A stretch of 64,000 nucleotides of DNA from Heterodontus francisci (taxonomy: Eukaryota), in assembly GCF_036365525.1 (NCBI RefSeq), contig NC_090379.1:19254792-19318791 (forward strand), read 5' to 3'. A program made the translations under genes and the position numbers. Shown here in pieces: positions 11,856 through 24,592 of the stretch; the stretch's first letter is position 1; each line of letters opens with the position of its first letter. The notes under the pieces are model-generated. The model was given only the letters and a program-made list of their open reading frames with translations, had not been told where the DNA came from and searched no databases.

Positions 11856-12509
11856 TAATAAAAACAGAAAGTGGTGGAAATACTCAGCAGGTCTGGCAGC
11901 ATCTGTGGAGAGAGAAGCAAAGTTAACATTTCAGGTCTGTGACCTTTCATCAGTACTGGCAAAGGTTAGAAATGTAATAGGTTTTAAGCAAATGAAGCGG
12001 AGGGGGTAAGAGGACACAAGGGAAGGTGTGTGATAGGGCAGAGGGCAGGAGAGATTTAATAACAAAGATGTCATGGGACAAAGGCAAAGGGAATGCTCAT
12101 GGTTGTGGTGAAAGACAAAGCATTAGTCCAGAGAGAGTGTTAATAGCAGAATAATGAACAGCTTTGTCCAAAAGAACAAACATGGAAAAAACAGTTTAGT
12201 TTGTGCTTTTGGACAGAGCTGTTCATTATTCTGCTATTAACACTCTCTCTGGACTAATGCTTTGTCTTTCACCATAACCATTAGCACTCCCTTTGCCTTT
12301 GTCCCATGACATCTTTGTCATTTAATCTCTCCTGCCCTCTGCCCTATCGCTTGCTTTTCCCTTTGTCGTCTTCCCCTGCCACTTCACTTGCTTAAAACCT
12401 ATTAACTCTGCTTCTCTCTCAACAGATGCTGCCAGACCTGCTGAGTATTTCCAGCACTTTCTGTTTTTATTTCAAATTTCCAGCATCTGCAGTATTTCGT
12501 TTTTATTAT
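11856..12509. mobile_element. Fold-back (inverted pseudo-LTR pair) PLE derivative
   Basis: Arms 11856-12181 and 12199-~12470 are reverse complements around a 17-nt spacer. TSD agcaccagtgaatg (11842-11855) and agcaccaatgaacg (12510-12523). Confidence 0.85.
11921..11957 (-). ncRNA. Minimal type I hammerhead ribozyme motif (PLE type)
   Basis: Minus strand: AGTA-CTGATGA-A-AGGTC-ACA-GACCT-GAAA-TGTT-AACT. Confidence 0.6.
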
Positions 12510-13175
12510 AGCACCAATGAACGGTTATGTGCAAGGCCACTGGTTGTCAATGTTCACAGAATGGATGGAATTAATACTGATAAAAATCCTGGAATCCAAC
12601 GTTTTACTCTGAAGTCACCATAAAGCAGTAGCCATGGTTCTACACAATGAGCTCACTGGTGAAGCAAGCATAAGAATGTGGGAAACGACAAGGATTCATG
12701 CAAGCTCAGTGATTCCCTGAATTTCTTATGTCAGCTTAATATCTTAAACATTCCAAATTTTTGCCACTACTATCCTCCCTGGAAGACTGTTCCCTACATT
12801 TATCATTCTAAGAATAAAAACATTTTTTCCTAATACCTGTTTTAAAACTATTTCTTACTAATTTAAAGTTGTGTCCCTCCGGCCATGTTTCTTGGCTGAA
12901 TTTTAAGTAATCTTTTGAGTTAATTTTTTTCTGCACCATTTAATATTTTATCTACCTCAATTAAGTCACCCTGAACTGACTTCTTCTAGACTGTGGAACT
13001 TAAATTTCTCTAATCTTCCTCATAACTTACTGCCTTTACTCTTGCACCCTCTCTAGTGCTTGTTTATATCTGTGTATGTATATAATATATATATTGATAG
13101 ATATAATGTTTATTTTTATTAGAGTATATGATTCATAATCAATTGACATTAAAACCAGCTTGCTTTTTGTTCCAG

Positions 13176-13669
13176 GAAACTAATGAGCTATTAGTGAAAG
13201 AAAAAGTGTCACACTCGAGGCAGCAGAGAAAAAAGATCAATGAGCTTCAAAGGAAAGTGGAGAACCTAGAGAAAGCACTGGGATACATGGCATCTGAGTT
13301 TGAGGCAGAAAAACAGGAGATCAAACGAGAAACTGAAAGAAAAATGGCAACCCACCAGGTAGAGATTGCTAGGCTGCAGGCAGTGATTAACTTGAAAGAC
13401 AAAGAGATGAACCGGGTGAAGAAGCTGGCCAAAAATATCCTGGACCAGCGCACTGAAGTGGAACTGTTCTTCCTGCAAGCCTTAGATGAAGTGAGGCAGC
13501 AGATCTTCCATAGTCAGGCTCACTACAAGCAGGCGGCCCGAATCGCATATCAGAGATTAATGCTGAAGGCACATGCTGGCAAGGAGGATTATCCCAAAAT
13601 CAGGACCTTCAACAAAAGCGAGCATAGCACAAACTGTGTGTACCAAGATATGGAAGAAGCTGATAGATG
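13176..13669 (+). CDS. BBOF1: BBOF1 large internal coding exon
   Basis: Acceptor tttttgttccag, donor gtatgt. Encodes ETNELLVKEK...KDKEMNRVKKLAKNILDQRTEVELFFL...YPKIRTF...HSTN, diagnostic of BBOF1. Confidence 0.96.
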
Positions 13670-15167
13670 GTATGTCAATGTTTTTAAGCCTACTTTACTT
13701 TGCATGACGACACATATAAGGTGATATTGACTATAATCTCAGATTTCCGAGCTATCACTTGAATCTTTTGAAATTCCTGTTGCCATCAGTGATAGAATGG
13801 TAACGTGCACGTGCAATTCCCAACCTTGATTAGATTCAGAAATGCACGCCCTTAATCATGTACAAATCAGCCAGTAAATTTAGGGGATTAAGAAATACAG
13901 TATAAATTGCAAAGCTTCAGAACTTGCTGGTCAATTTACGTCACTTTGTTGTTTGCTTCTCACAAATGGCATCTTGTCCTCAACCTTGTTGGATTTTCAC
14001 ATTAATTCTCTGTTAAACTCACCATGGTAAGTTAAGTCTGGTATTTAACAATGCAAGTTCTTTTTTTAACGATGCAGTAATTGTTTATACAATACCAATC
14101 AACCTGTGGCCCAATTTAAACTGTGGAATATTATTCCTTCAGGTGGTAATGGTTGTCAGATTTTAAAAATGTAAATCTTTAAAAAAAAAGTAATTTTCCT
14201 TTCTGTCTTTATATTTCCTCTTTCAATCTTTCCTTCTGCTTTATTTTTCGTTCTGCACCTGATTTAACTCTAATTCACCTTTCTTCTCCGTCACTCTGCT
14301 GAATCTTTCTCAATTCTTAAAACTCATTGGTTAAGGAGGGACACTGATGATCCCATTGTTCACTGAGTTCCCAGATGCCCTGTTGCCATCGCTATCTCCG
14401 TGTCGGTTTGCACTTCCAGCATGTTAGAGCAGAAACATTTGGAGGTGAAGGGTGCCAAAAAGGGTCGAACTAATAGTATGAGACACACCACTCCAGAAAG
14501 TTCCAGCCCATGATGCTTCTCTAACATAATAAGGAAAGTGTTTTGTTCAAATGAGTCACTGTGGAACATCAGAGAGAATGAGAGTTTCCTGGAGTTCAGT
14601 ATAGTGGATAGGTGGCAATCTGGAAGAGTAGGGAGAGGCAGGAAGTGCAGGAGTCTTCAGATGTGTGCCTCTTTCAAACCGGTACTCAGCATTGGAGATT
14701 GCTGGGAGTGACGACACCTTGAAGGAGTGTAATCCTGACCATGGCAGCAATGGGCAAGGGACTGCACAGGAGGGAACAGCAAAGTACAGAAATGCAATCA
14801 TTGAAGGAGATTTCATTGTTAGAGGGACAGTTAGATGTTTCTGTAACTGTCATTGTGAGTCCCACATGGTGTGTTGCCTCTCTGGTGTCAGGGTAAAGGA
14901 TATCACCGTGAGAGCACAGAATATTCTGCAGAGAGAAGGAGATGAGCCAGAAGTTGTGGTACACATTGGTACTAAAGATATAGCAAGGGCAGGTATTGAG
15001 GTCCTACGGTCAGATTTTCAGGAGCTAGGGAGGATGTTGAAAAGTAGGACCTCGAAGGCAAGCTCTTGATTACTCCCAGTGCATTGTGCTCGTGAGAGTA
15101 GAAATAGGAAAATAGGGAGGATCAATGTGTGGTTTGAGACATGGTGTAGGAGTGAGGGCATCAGATT

Positions 15168-17644
15168 TTCTTTTTTATTCATTCATGGGATGTGGGCGTC
15201 ACTGGCTAGGCCAGCATTTATTGCGCATTGTCCTTGAGAAGGTGGTGGTGAGCTGCCTTCTTGAACTGCTGCAGTCCATTTGGGGTAGGTACACCCACAG
15301 TGCTGTTAGGAAGGGAGTTCCAGGATTTTGACCCAGCGACAGTGAAGGAATGGTGATATAATTCCAAGTTAGGATGGTGTGTGACTTGGAGGGGAACTTG
15401 CAGGTGGTGGTGTTCCTACGCATCTGCTGCCTTGTCCTTCTAGTTGGTAAAAGTTGTGGGTTTGGAAGGTGCTGTCTAAGAAGCCTTGGTGCATTGCTGC
15501 AGTGCATCTTGTAGATGGTACCCACTGCTGCCATTGTGCGCAGTGGTGGAGGGAGTGAATGTTTGTAGATGGGGTGCCAATCAAGCGGGCTGCTTTGTCC
15601 TGGATGTTGTCGAGTTCTTTGAGTGTTGTTGGAGCTGCACCCATCCAGGCAAGTGGAGAGTATTCCATCACACTCCTGACTTGTGCCTTGTAGATGGTGG
15701 GCAGGCTTTAGGGAGTCAGGAGGTGAGTTACTTGCCACAGGATTCCTCTGATGTGCTCTTGTAGCCATGGTATTTATATGGCTATTCCCAGTTTCTGGTC
15801 AATGGTAGCCCCTAGGATGTTGATAGTGGGGGATTCAGTGATGGTAATGCCATTGAATTTCAAGGGGAGATGGTTAGATTCTTTCTTGTTGGAGATGGTC
15901 ATTGCCTGGCATTTGTGTTGCTCAAATGTTATTTTCCACTTATCAGCCCAAGCCTGGATATTGTCCAGATCTTGCTCATTTCTACACGGATTGCTTCAGT
16001 ATCTGAGGAGTCACGAATGATGCTGAATATTGTGCAATCATCAGCAAACATCCCCACTTCTGACCTTATGATTGAAGGAAAGTCATTGATGAAGCAGCTG
16101 AAGATGGTTGGGCCTAGGATACTACCCTGAGGAACTCCTGCAGTGATGTCCTGGAGCTGAGATGATTGACCTCCAACAACCACAGTCATCTTCCTTTGTG
16201 CTAGGTATGACTCTAACTAGTGGAGAGGTTTCCCCTTGATTCCTATTGACTTCAGTTTTGCTAGGGCTCCTTGATGCGATACTAAGTCAAATGCTGCCTT
16301 CATGTCAAGGGCAGTCACTCTCACCTCATGTCTTGAGTTCAGCACTTTTGTCCATGTTTGAACCAAGGCTGTAATGAGGTCAGGTGCTGAGTGGCCCTGG
16401 CAGACCCAAACTGAGCATCACTATGCAGGTTATTGCGAAGCAAGTGCCACTTGATAACACCTTCCATCACTTTACTGATGATTGAGAGTAGACTGATGGA
16501 GCGGTAATTGGCCGGGTTGGACTCATCCTGCTTTTTGTGTACAGGACTTAGATCTGATCCATTGCTTATGGGATCGCTTAGCTCTGTCTATCGCATGCTG
16601 CTTATGCAGTTTGGCAAGTAGTCCTGGGTTGTAGCTTCACCAGGTTGATGCCTCATTTTGAGGTATGCCTGGTGCTGCTTCTGGCATGCCCTCCTGCACT
16701 CTTCATTGAACCAGGATTGGTCTCCCAGCTTGATAGTAATGGTAGAGTGGGGGATATGCCGTGCCATGAGGTTACAGATTGTAGTTGAGTACAATTCTGC
16801 TGCTGATGACCCACAGTGCCTCATGGATGCCCAGTTTTGCATTGCTAGATGTGTTCGAAATCTATCCCATTTAGCACAGTGGTATTGCCACATGACACGA
16901 TGGAGGGTATCCTCAATGTGAAGGCGGGACTTCATCTCCACAAGGACTGTGCGGTGTCATTCCTACCGATACTGTCATGGACAGATGCATCTGCGACAGG
17001 CAGATTGGTGAGAACGAGGTCAAGTAGGTTTGTCCCTCTTGTTGGTTCCGTCACCACCTGCCGCAGACCCAGTCTAGCAGCTATGTCCTTTAGTACTCAG
17101 CCAGTTCGGTCAGTAGTGGTGCTACAGAGCCACTCTTGGTGATGGACATTGAAGTCCCCCACCCAGAGTACATTCTGTGTTTTTGCCATTCTCAGTACTT
17201 CCTCCAAATGGTGTTCAACATGGAGGAGTACTGATTCATCAGCTGAGGGAGGACAGTAGGTGGTAATCAGCAGGAGGTTACGTTGCCCATGTTTGACCTG
17301 ATGCAATGAAACATCATGGGGTCTGGAGTCAACGCTGAGGATTTCCAGGGCAACTCCCTCCCGACTGTATACCACTGTGCCGCTGCCTCTGGTGGGTCTG
17401 TCCTGCATGAGGGACAGGACATACCCGGGGATGGTGATGGCGGTGTCTTGGGACATTATCTGTAAGGTATGATTCAATGAGTATGGCTATGAGTCAGGCT
17501 GTTGCTTGACTAGTCTGTGGGACAGCTCTCTCAAATTTGGCACAAGCCCCTAGATGTTAGTCAGGAGGACTTTGCAGGGTCAACAGGGCTGGTTTTGCTG
17601 TTGTCATTTCCGGTGCCTAGGTCGATGCCAGATGGTCCATCTGG
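15168..17644 (-). mobile_element. LINE family B (APE+RT, CR1/L2-group), decayed
   Basis: Motifs WVGDFNVHH, GVPQGSILGP, MFADDCT and MEYSPLAWMGAAPTTLKELDNIQDKAARLIG. Tail GACGCCCACATCCCATGAATGAATAAAAAA. Confidence 0.88.
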
Positions 17645-18087
17645 TTCTTGGGGCATTGGGTCCAGTTCTGGTGCAGAAGGCATTTATTCAAAAGGGACAG
17701 GTTGCACCTCAACAGGACTGGGACCAAAGTCCTTGCCAGGAGGCTCATTAATGTACTTCGGGACAGTTTAAACTAAATTGGCAGAGGGAGAGGCACCAGC
17801 ATATAGAAATAGAAAAGAGGAATAAGGTGCTAGAGAAGGACATTCTCCATATTAGCTAGGAGCAGACCAAGAGGGACTATGAGGAATACAAGGACAGATT
17901 TAGAATACAAGTACGTTAATGCACAAAGTGTGGTGAATACGGTTGGTGAGCTACAAGCACAAATAGCCATATGCAAATACGATGCAATGGCAATAACGGG
18001 AATGTGGCTTAAGAATGTTGAGGACTGGGCCCTTAATATTCAAGGGTACAAAGTGTTCAGAAAAGATAGGGAAGGAGAAAAGCGATG

Positions 18088-20448
18088 CAGACAAGGGGAA
18101 CCCTGTCGCTGTTCTGGGAGGGAGGGAAAGGGGTGAGGGCAGAAGTGCGGGAAATGGGTCGGACACAGTCGAAGGCCACATCAACCACAATGCGGGAGAA
18201 TCCTTAGTTGAGGAAAAAGGAAGACATATCAGAGGTGCTGTTGTGGAAGGATGCATCAGAACAGATGTGTCGGAGACGGAGAAACTGGTAGAATGGAATG
18301 GAATCCTTACAGGAGGCTGGGTGCGAGGAAATGTAATCAAGGTAGCCTTGGGAGTCAGTGGGCTTATAATAAATATTAGTGGACAGCCTATCCTCAGAGA
18401 TGGAGACAGAGAAGTCTTGGAAGGGAAGGAAAATGTCAGAGATAGAACCTGTGAAGGTGAGACAAGGGTGGAAATTGGAAGCAAAGTTGATGAAATTTTC
18501 CAGTTTGGGACGAGAGCTGGAAGCGGCACCAATACAATCATAAGTGTAACAGAAAAAGTGTTGGGGAAGGGGGCCTGAGTAGGACTGGAACAAGGAATGT
18601 CCAACATACCCCACAAAAAGACAGGCATAACTAGGACCCATACGGGTACCCGTAGCAACCCGTATCTGGAGGAAGTGAGTGGAGTTGAAGGAGAAGTTGT
18701 TCAATGTGAGAACAAGTTCAGCCAGGCGGTGGAGGGTGGTGGTGGATGGGGACTGGTTGGGCCTCTGTTCAAGAAAGTAGTGGAGAGCCCTCAGTCCATC
18801 TTAGTGGCGGGCGGAGGTGTAGAGAGATTGCATGTCCATAGTAAAGAGGAGGAGGTTTGGGCCAGGAAACTGGAAACTGTGGAAATCACGGATGTAGGTA
18901 GGAAGGGACTAGACAAGGGGAGATGAAATAGAATCAGGATAGGAGGAAATAATTTCAGTGGTGCAGGAACAGGCTGAAATGATGGGTCTACCAGGACAGT
19001 CCTGTTTGTGGATTTTGGGAATAAGATAGAAGCGGGCTCTTTGGGGTTGCGGCACAATGAGGTGGGAAGATCTCCAGAGGGGATGAGGTCAGTGACAGTC
19101 CTGGAGACAATGGCAATGTTCGGTGCTGGGGTCATGGTCCAGGGGGAGGTAGGAAGAAGTGTCTGAGAGTTGGCACTCAGCCTCTGCAAGGTAGAGGTCG
19201 GTGCGCCAGACAACAGCACCGCCCTTGCCAGTGGGTTTGATCACAATGTCAGGGTTAGACCTGAGAGAACGGAGTGCAGCAAGTTCAGAGGGAGAAAGGT
19301 TCAAATGAGTGAAGGGGGCAGAGAAATTAAGACAGCTGATGTCATGCCGACAGTTTTCAATGAAAAGATCAAGAGCGGGTAAGAGGCCAGAGGAATGGGT
19401 CCAAGTGGAGGGAGAGAACTGGAGGTGGATGAATGGGTCTGCTAGTTTGGTGGAGGACTCCTGGCCAAAGGAGTGAGCCTCGGGGCGAAGGTGACGGAGG
19501 AAAAGCTCAACATCATGTCGAGCACGAAATTCATTGAGGTGGGGGTGTAAGGGGATAAAATGAGTCCTTTGCTAAGTACATATCGTTCAGTGTCAGAGAG
19601 GGGAAGGTCAGAGGTATTGTGATACACACCAAGGGATGAGATTAGGAGAAGGGCTGGGGTCAGAGGGAAGGGAAGGGGAAGAAAGATCTGGAGGGGCGGT
19701 TGATACCCATGAGTTGCTGGAGCTTGCGTTCCTTGACATTTGAAAGAAAAAGAAAAAGTTTTTTGTTAATGCATCGGATAAGGCAAAGGATGAAATGAAA
19801 TTGTGGTGCAGGACAGCTTTGAGTTAGGGTGAGTCGGTGCTGCTGGAGAGAGAGGTCAAGTGTGTACAGGTGCCGGTGCATGGCACTGAGTGTGGATCAC
19901 AGGATGCGGTGAGAACAGCAGTCTGAGGAACATCGTATGTCTCAAAGATACCTGTAATCCTGGGTGGATTCGAAATGTGAAGGAAACTTCAGTTGGAATC
20001 CACGTGGAATAAGTCGGAGTCGGAGACAGTCGCTGAGGAAAGAAATGTGGCTGTGAAAACTAGTTTTGGCAGAAACCTTATCGAACACCAGGAAGGAAAT
20101 GGAAAGCAATGAAGGTGAGCAAGGTTTTGCTTTCGTACAGAACTGTTCATTATTCTACCATTAGCACTCTCTCTGGACTCATGCTTTGTCTTTCACTGCA
20201 ACTATTTAGTACTCCATTTGCATTCTGCTCCATGACACCTCGTTATTTAATCTCTTTTCCCCCCTCTGTCCTATCACAGTCCTTCCTGGCTTGTTCTTCT
20301 TCCCTCCCCCCTTTCACTTGCTCAAAGATTGTTACAATTTTAAAGTTAACTCTGTTTCTTTCTACATAGATTTTGCCAGACCTGTTTAGTATTTCCGGCA
20401 CTTTCTATTCTCATTTCAGAGTTCCAGCATCCGCAGTATTTTCCTCTT
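18088..20448 (-). mobile_element. Penelope-like element (RT ORF decayed, 3' part missing) with inverted pseudo-LTR at about 20140-20448
   Basis: LSPSELAALRSLRSNPDIVIKPTGKGGAVVW (IKPADKG-like), NNFSFNSTHFLQ..TGTRMGPSYACLFVGY, IYYKPTDS..YLDY.SSHP.SCK.SIP..QFLRLR.ICS. Confidence 0.88.
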
Positions 20449-20511
20449 AGTAAAGAGAAAAGAGAGATGGGATGGCAATACTGATTAGGGAAGACATTGT
20501 AGTGTTGGAAA

Positions 20512-23500
20512 TCATAAGGCTGAATTTTGTGCCCAAGGTGGGGCTCCCGGTGCCAGGCCAAAAAGGCAGGGGGATTCCCACCTCGGCCAGCTGGAACCCC
20601 CCTCCAGCTTGATTCTACGGCACTGGACCAATTAACAGCCCAGCGTCTGGATCCCCATCCCTTTAAAGATGGGGATCCTGCCTCCAAGAGCTGCCCGTCA
20701 ATCACAGGGCTGATGGCCACTGTTGGTACTGCAGAGGCCTTGGACCCAGGCACAGTGCTGGAGACCCAGACCTCAGGTTGGTGAGGCAGGGTCGCCGGGG
20801 CCAGTCCAGAAGGTCCTGGTGATGGGGGTTTGGGGGAGGGTGGGCATTGTGTATGGGAGTTGGGGGTACAGGAAGGTGTTTTATTTGCTGGTTTACTGGG
20901 GGGTCCTCCAGGGGCTGCAGATTAATGCCAGCAGTGGCAGGGGTGGGGGGCGGGACGACGCGGAGGGTGGCAGAGACCCTTAAGTGGCTGTTAATAGGCG
21001 TCTTAAGGGCCTCAATTGGCCTCTGGACAGGAAGGCCGTCTTCGGCCAATACCGACCCCGACAAAATTGCATTGCGATGGAAAGGTGACGGGCCCTCCGT
21101 CCCCGCCTCCCGTCGCAGTTCTGAGACAGGTTTGGAGGTGGGGGCAGGGCAGGGCGGGGCCTCATAGAATTCAGCCCATGGAATCAGGAGGCCATTCTGC
21201 CCATCGTGTCTGTGCCAACTGTCTACAAGAGCAACTCAGCTAGTCCCACTCCCCTGCCTTTACTAGTAGTCCTGCAAATCCTTTGTCTACTGATACTTAC
21301 CCAGTTCCCTTTTTAAAGCCACAATTGAATCTGCCTCCACCAGACTCTCAGGCAGTGCATTCCAGATCCTAACCACTTGCTACATTTAAAAAAAAAAGCT
21401 ATTCCTCATGTTGCCTCTGGTTCTTTTGTCAATCACCTTAAATCAGTGCCCTCTGCTTCCAGACACTTCTACCATTGGGAACAGTTTCTCCCTATCTTCT
21501 CTGTCCAGACCTCTCATGATTTTGAGCACATCTATCAAATCACCTCTCAACATTCTCTTTCAGGAGAACAACCCATCTTCTCCAATCTATCCCTCATCCC
21601 CCGAAACATTTTCGTAAATTGTTTCTGCATTCTCTCCAGTGCCCTCACATCCTACCATATGTGTGGTGCCAAGAATTGGACACAATACTCCAGCTGAGGC
21701 TGAACCACTGTTTTATAAAGTTTCACCATAATTTCCTTGCTTTTGTGCTCCATGCCTCTATTTATAAAGCCCAGGATCTCGTGTGCCTTATTAACTGCTT
21801 TCTCATACTGCCCTGCCAGCTTCGATGATTTGTGCACATATACCCCCAGGTCTCTCTGTTCCTATACCCCCTTTTAGAATTTTATCCTCTATTTTATATT
21901 GCCCTTCCTCATTCATCCTTCCAAAATGTATCACTTCATACTTTTCTGCATTAAACTTCATCTGTCACTTGTCTGCCCATTCCACCAGCCATCTATGTCC
22001 TCTCTTTGCCCCTCTAATTTCCCCTTTATATAAGTTAATACACACAGAATATATGTATAATATAAATACACACCCTTTTTCTGCTTCATCTTACTCTCTA
22101 TCTCTTTCGTCATCCAGGGAGCTCCGACTTTGTTTTCCTACCTTTCCCCGTCCGGAAATGTACCTCAACCAGACTCAAACTATCTCCTCTTTAAAGACAG
22201 CGCATTGTTCAATTATAGTTTTGCCTGCTAATCTTTGATTCCAATTTATCTGGGCCAGATTCATTCTCACCCCACTGATATTGGCCCTTCTCCAGTCAAT
22301 GATTTTTACTCTGGATTGCTCCTTGTTTTTTTCCATAGCTAACCTAAACCTTATGGTACTATGATCACTGTCCCCTAAATGTTCCCCTACTGACAGTTGA
22401 TCCACTTCCACCTTAATCCCCAGAACATTGGGCCGGAAAAATATTGATCTAAAAAATTCTCCTGAACGCACTTCAGAAATGCTTTCCCCCTTTATACTAA
22501 TTATCTTAATTTAGACTGGGATAGTAATAAAGTCCCCCATTATAACTACTCTATAGTTTTTGCACCTCTCTAATTGCCTTGCAAATTTGTTCCTCTACAC
22601 CTTTCCCGTTAGTTGCTGGCCTACAGAATACACCCAGTAGTGTCATGGTACCTCTGTTGTTTCTTAGCTCTAACCAAATAGATTCTGTCCTTGACCCCTG
22701 TAGGATATCATCTCTCTCCAGCACTGTAATATTGTCCTTAATCTATACTGCTACCTCTCCTCATTTCTTTCCTTCCCTACTTTTCCTGAGCACCTTGTAT
22801 CCAGGAATATTTAGTACCCAGTCCCATCCTTTAGCGAGCCAGGTATCCATCATCACCACAACATCGTATTCCCACGTGGCTACTTGTGCCTGCAGCTCAC
22901 CAAAATTATTTACCCCCACTCAGTGTGTTCACATACATGCATAGTAAACCCAATTTAGGCCTTATTGCATTTCCTCTTATTCTGAATTCACCTAATTCAT
23001 ACTCTAGTGCTATCTGTCTCTCCCAATTCTTTGTGCACCTTGTTTTTCCTCTCTAATGTTACCTCCTAGTTCCCAACCCCTGCCAAGTTAGTTTAAATCC
23101 TGCCTAATAGTACGAGTAAACCACCCTGCTGGGACATTGGTCCTCACTCTGTTCAGATGCAACCTATCTGGCCTGTACAGGTCCCATCTCCCACCAGAAC
23201 CGATATCAATGTCACAGGAATTTAAAGCCCTCCGTCCTGCACCATCTTTCCAGTCACACATTCACCTGCTGTATCCTATTTCTATACTCACTGGTGCTTG
23301 GCACCATGAGTAATCTGGAGATTACTACCTTTGAGGTCTTACTTGTTAGTTTCTTTCCTAGCTCACCAAAATCTGCCTGCAAGACCTCATTCCTCTTTCT
23401 ACCTATGCCGTTGGTATCGATATGGACCGGACTGCTGGTTGTTCACCCTCCCTCCATTAAGATGCTCTGCAACTGCTCAGTGACATCCCTGACCCTGGCA

Positions 23501-23962
23501 CCAGGGAGGCAATGTACCATCCTGGATTCACGTTTGCAGCTACAGAAATGCCTGTCTGTTCCCCTAACTACAGAATCCCCAATCACTATTGCTTTCCTAA
23601 CATTTTTCCTGCCCCCCGGAACTGCTCAGCGAGCCATGGCGCCATGGACGTGACTCTGACTGCACTTCCCAGAGGAGCCATCACTCTCACCACTATTCAG
23701 AACTGAATACTGGTTGGAGAGTAAGATGCACTCAGGGAACTCCTGCGCTACCTCCCTGGTCCTTGTTGATTGTCTGTTGGTCATCCATTTTCTCTCTGCC
23801 TGAGAGTTGACCATATCCAAAAGTATGCTTTCCACGAAACTCTCAGCCTCGCAGGTGCACTGCTGTGAAACTAGCTGCTGCTCAATCTTCAAAACCAGGA
23901 GCTTCACCTGCTCCAGCTGATGACAGTTCCTGCACATGTGGTTGTCCAGGACCTGAGAAGTA
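20512..23962 (-). mobile_element. CR1 LINE with internal deletion, nested in a CR1
   Basis: ORF1 CxxC region (MCRNCHQLEQVKLLV), esterase region, APE (EHLGDSDH) and RT C-terminus (LEYCVQF). TSD tggaaa at 20506-20511 and 23963-23968. Confidence 0.85.
20517..21177. mobile_element. GC-rich MITE, Harbinger-like
   Basis: TIRs aggctgaatttt (20517) and agaattcagccc (21166-21177), similar to the Harbinger terminus at 35324. Confidence 0.65.
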
Positions 23963-24352
23963 TGGAAAGAGAGAATGTCCTTGGGGGTGGGGTGGGGGGT
24001 GTGGAGTAAGGACAGAATCCATTTGGTTAGGGTTGAGAAGCAAAAAGGGTATGATCATGCTACTGGGGGTATTCCAGAGGCCTCCAAATAGTGAGAGAGA
24101 TATAGAGGAGCAAATCTGCAGGAAAATGACAGATGTACAGGAAATATAGAATGGTGATATTGGGGGACTTTAGCACTATCCCAATTGATATTTGGGTAAT
24201 TAAAGGGTGAGGAGGAGAGGAATTTCTGAAATGTGTTCAGGAGAACCTTGACCAGTATGTAGTTGGTCTAACTAGGAAGGAGGCACTGCTGGATCTCATG
24301 CTGGGGAATGAGGTGGACCAAGTGTCTGTAGAGGAGCACTTGGGTAAGAGTG

Positions 24353-24592
24353 TGTCATGAGTTTCTTTGTGTTATCTTAAGCAACACAATGAGATATGTG
24401 GATTCCAGTTCCTTGAAGATCTCTAAAAGGTTTATGAACAGTTAAACTAATACACACAATATAAAGCAAACTATATACAGAAAATTTGTCCAGGATGTTA
24501 CCGTGCAGAGTGACTATGGCTTCTAGTCACATGACTACACCCTGGTACTGAGTTCTTAAAGGGACATCACTCTTAAAAGTGATCATACAACA
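24353..24592. mobile_element. 240-bp solo LTR
   Basis: TGTCATG...CATACAACA termini. 5-bp TSD gagtg/gaatg. Removing it restores the CR1 sequence GGTAAGAGTGATCAT. Confidence 0.75.

Noticed and set aside
11856-12509. DNA-transposon MITE or miRNA gene
   Set aside because: The arms are PLE pseudo-LTR sequence with asymmetric ends and a 14-bp TSD, which fits retro-integration.
13128-13724. 198-aa ORF as a complete single-exon gene
   Set aside because: Both ends are intronic read-through. The splice sites define a BBOF1 exon at 13176-13669.
13770-14510. Possible old MITE (ends aaagttccagccc); similar at 26780-27255
   Set aside because: Only one terminus is recognisable, so boundaries cannot be supported.
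17951-18926. Long overlapping ORFs on both strands as novel genes
   Set aside because: These are alternative or antisense frames of the pyrimidine-biased PLE RT.
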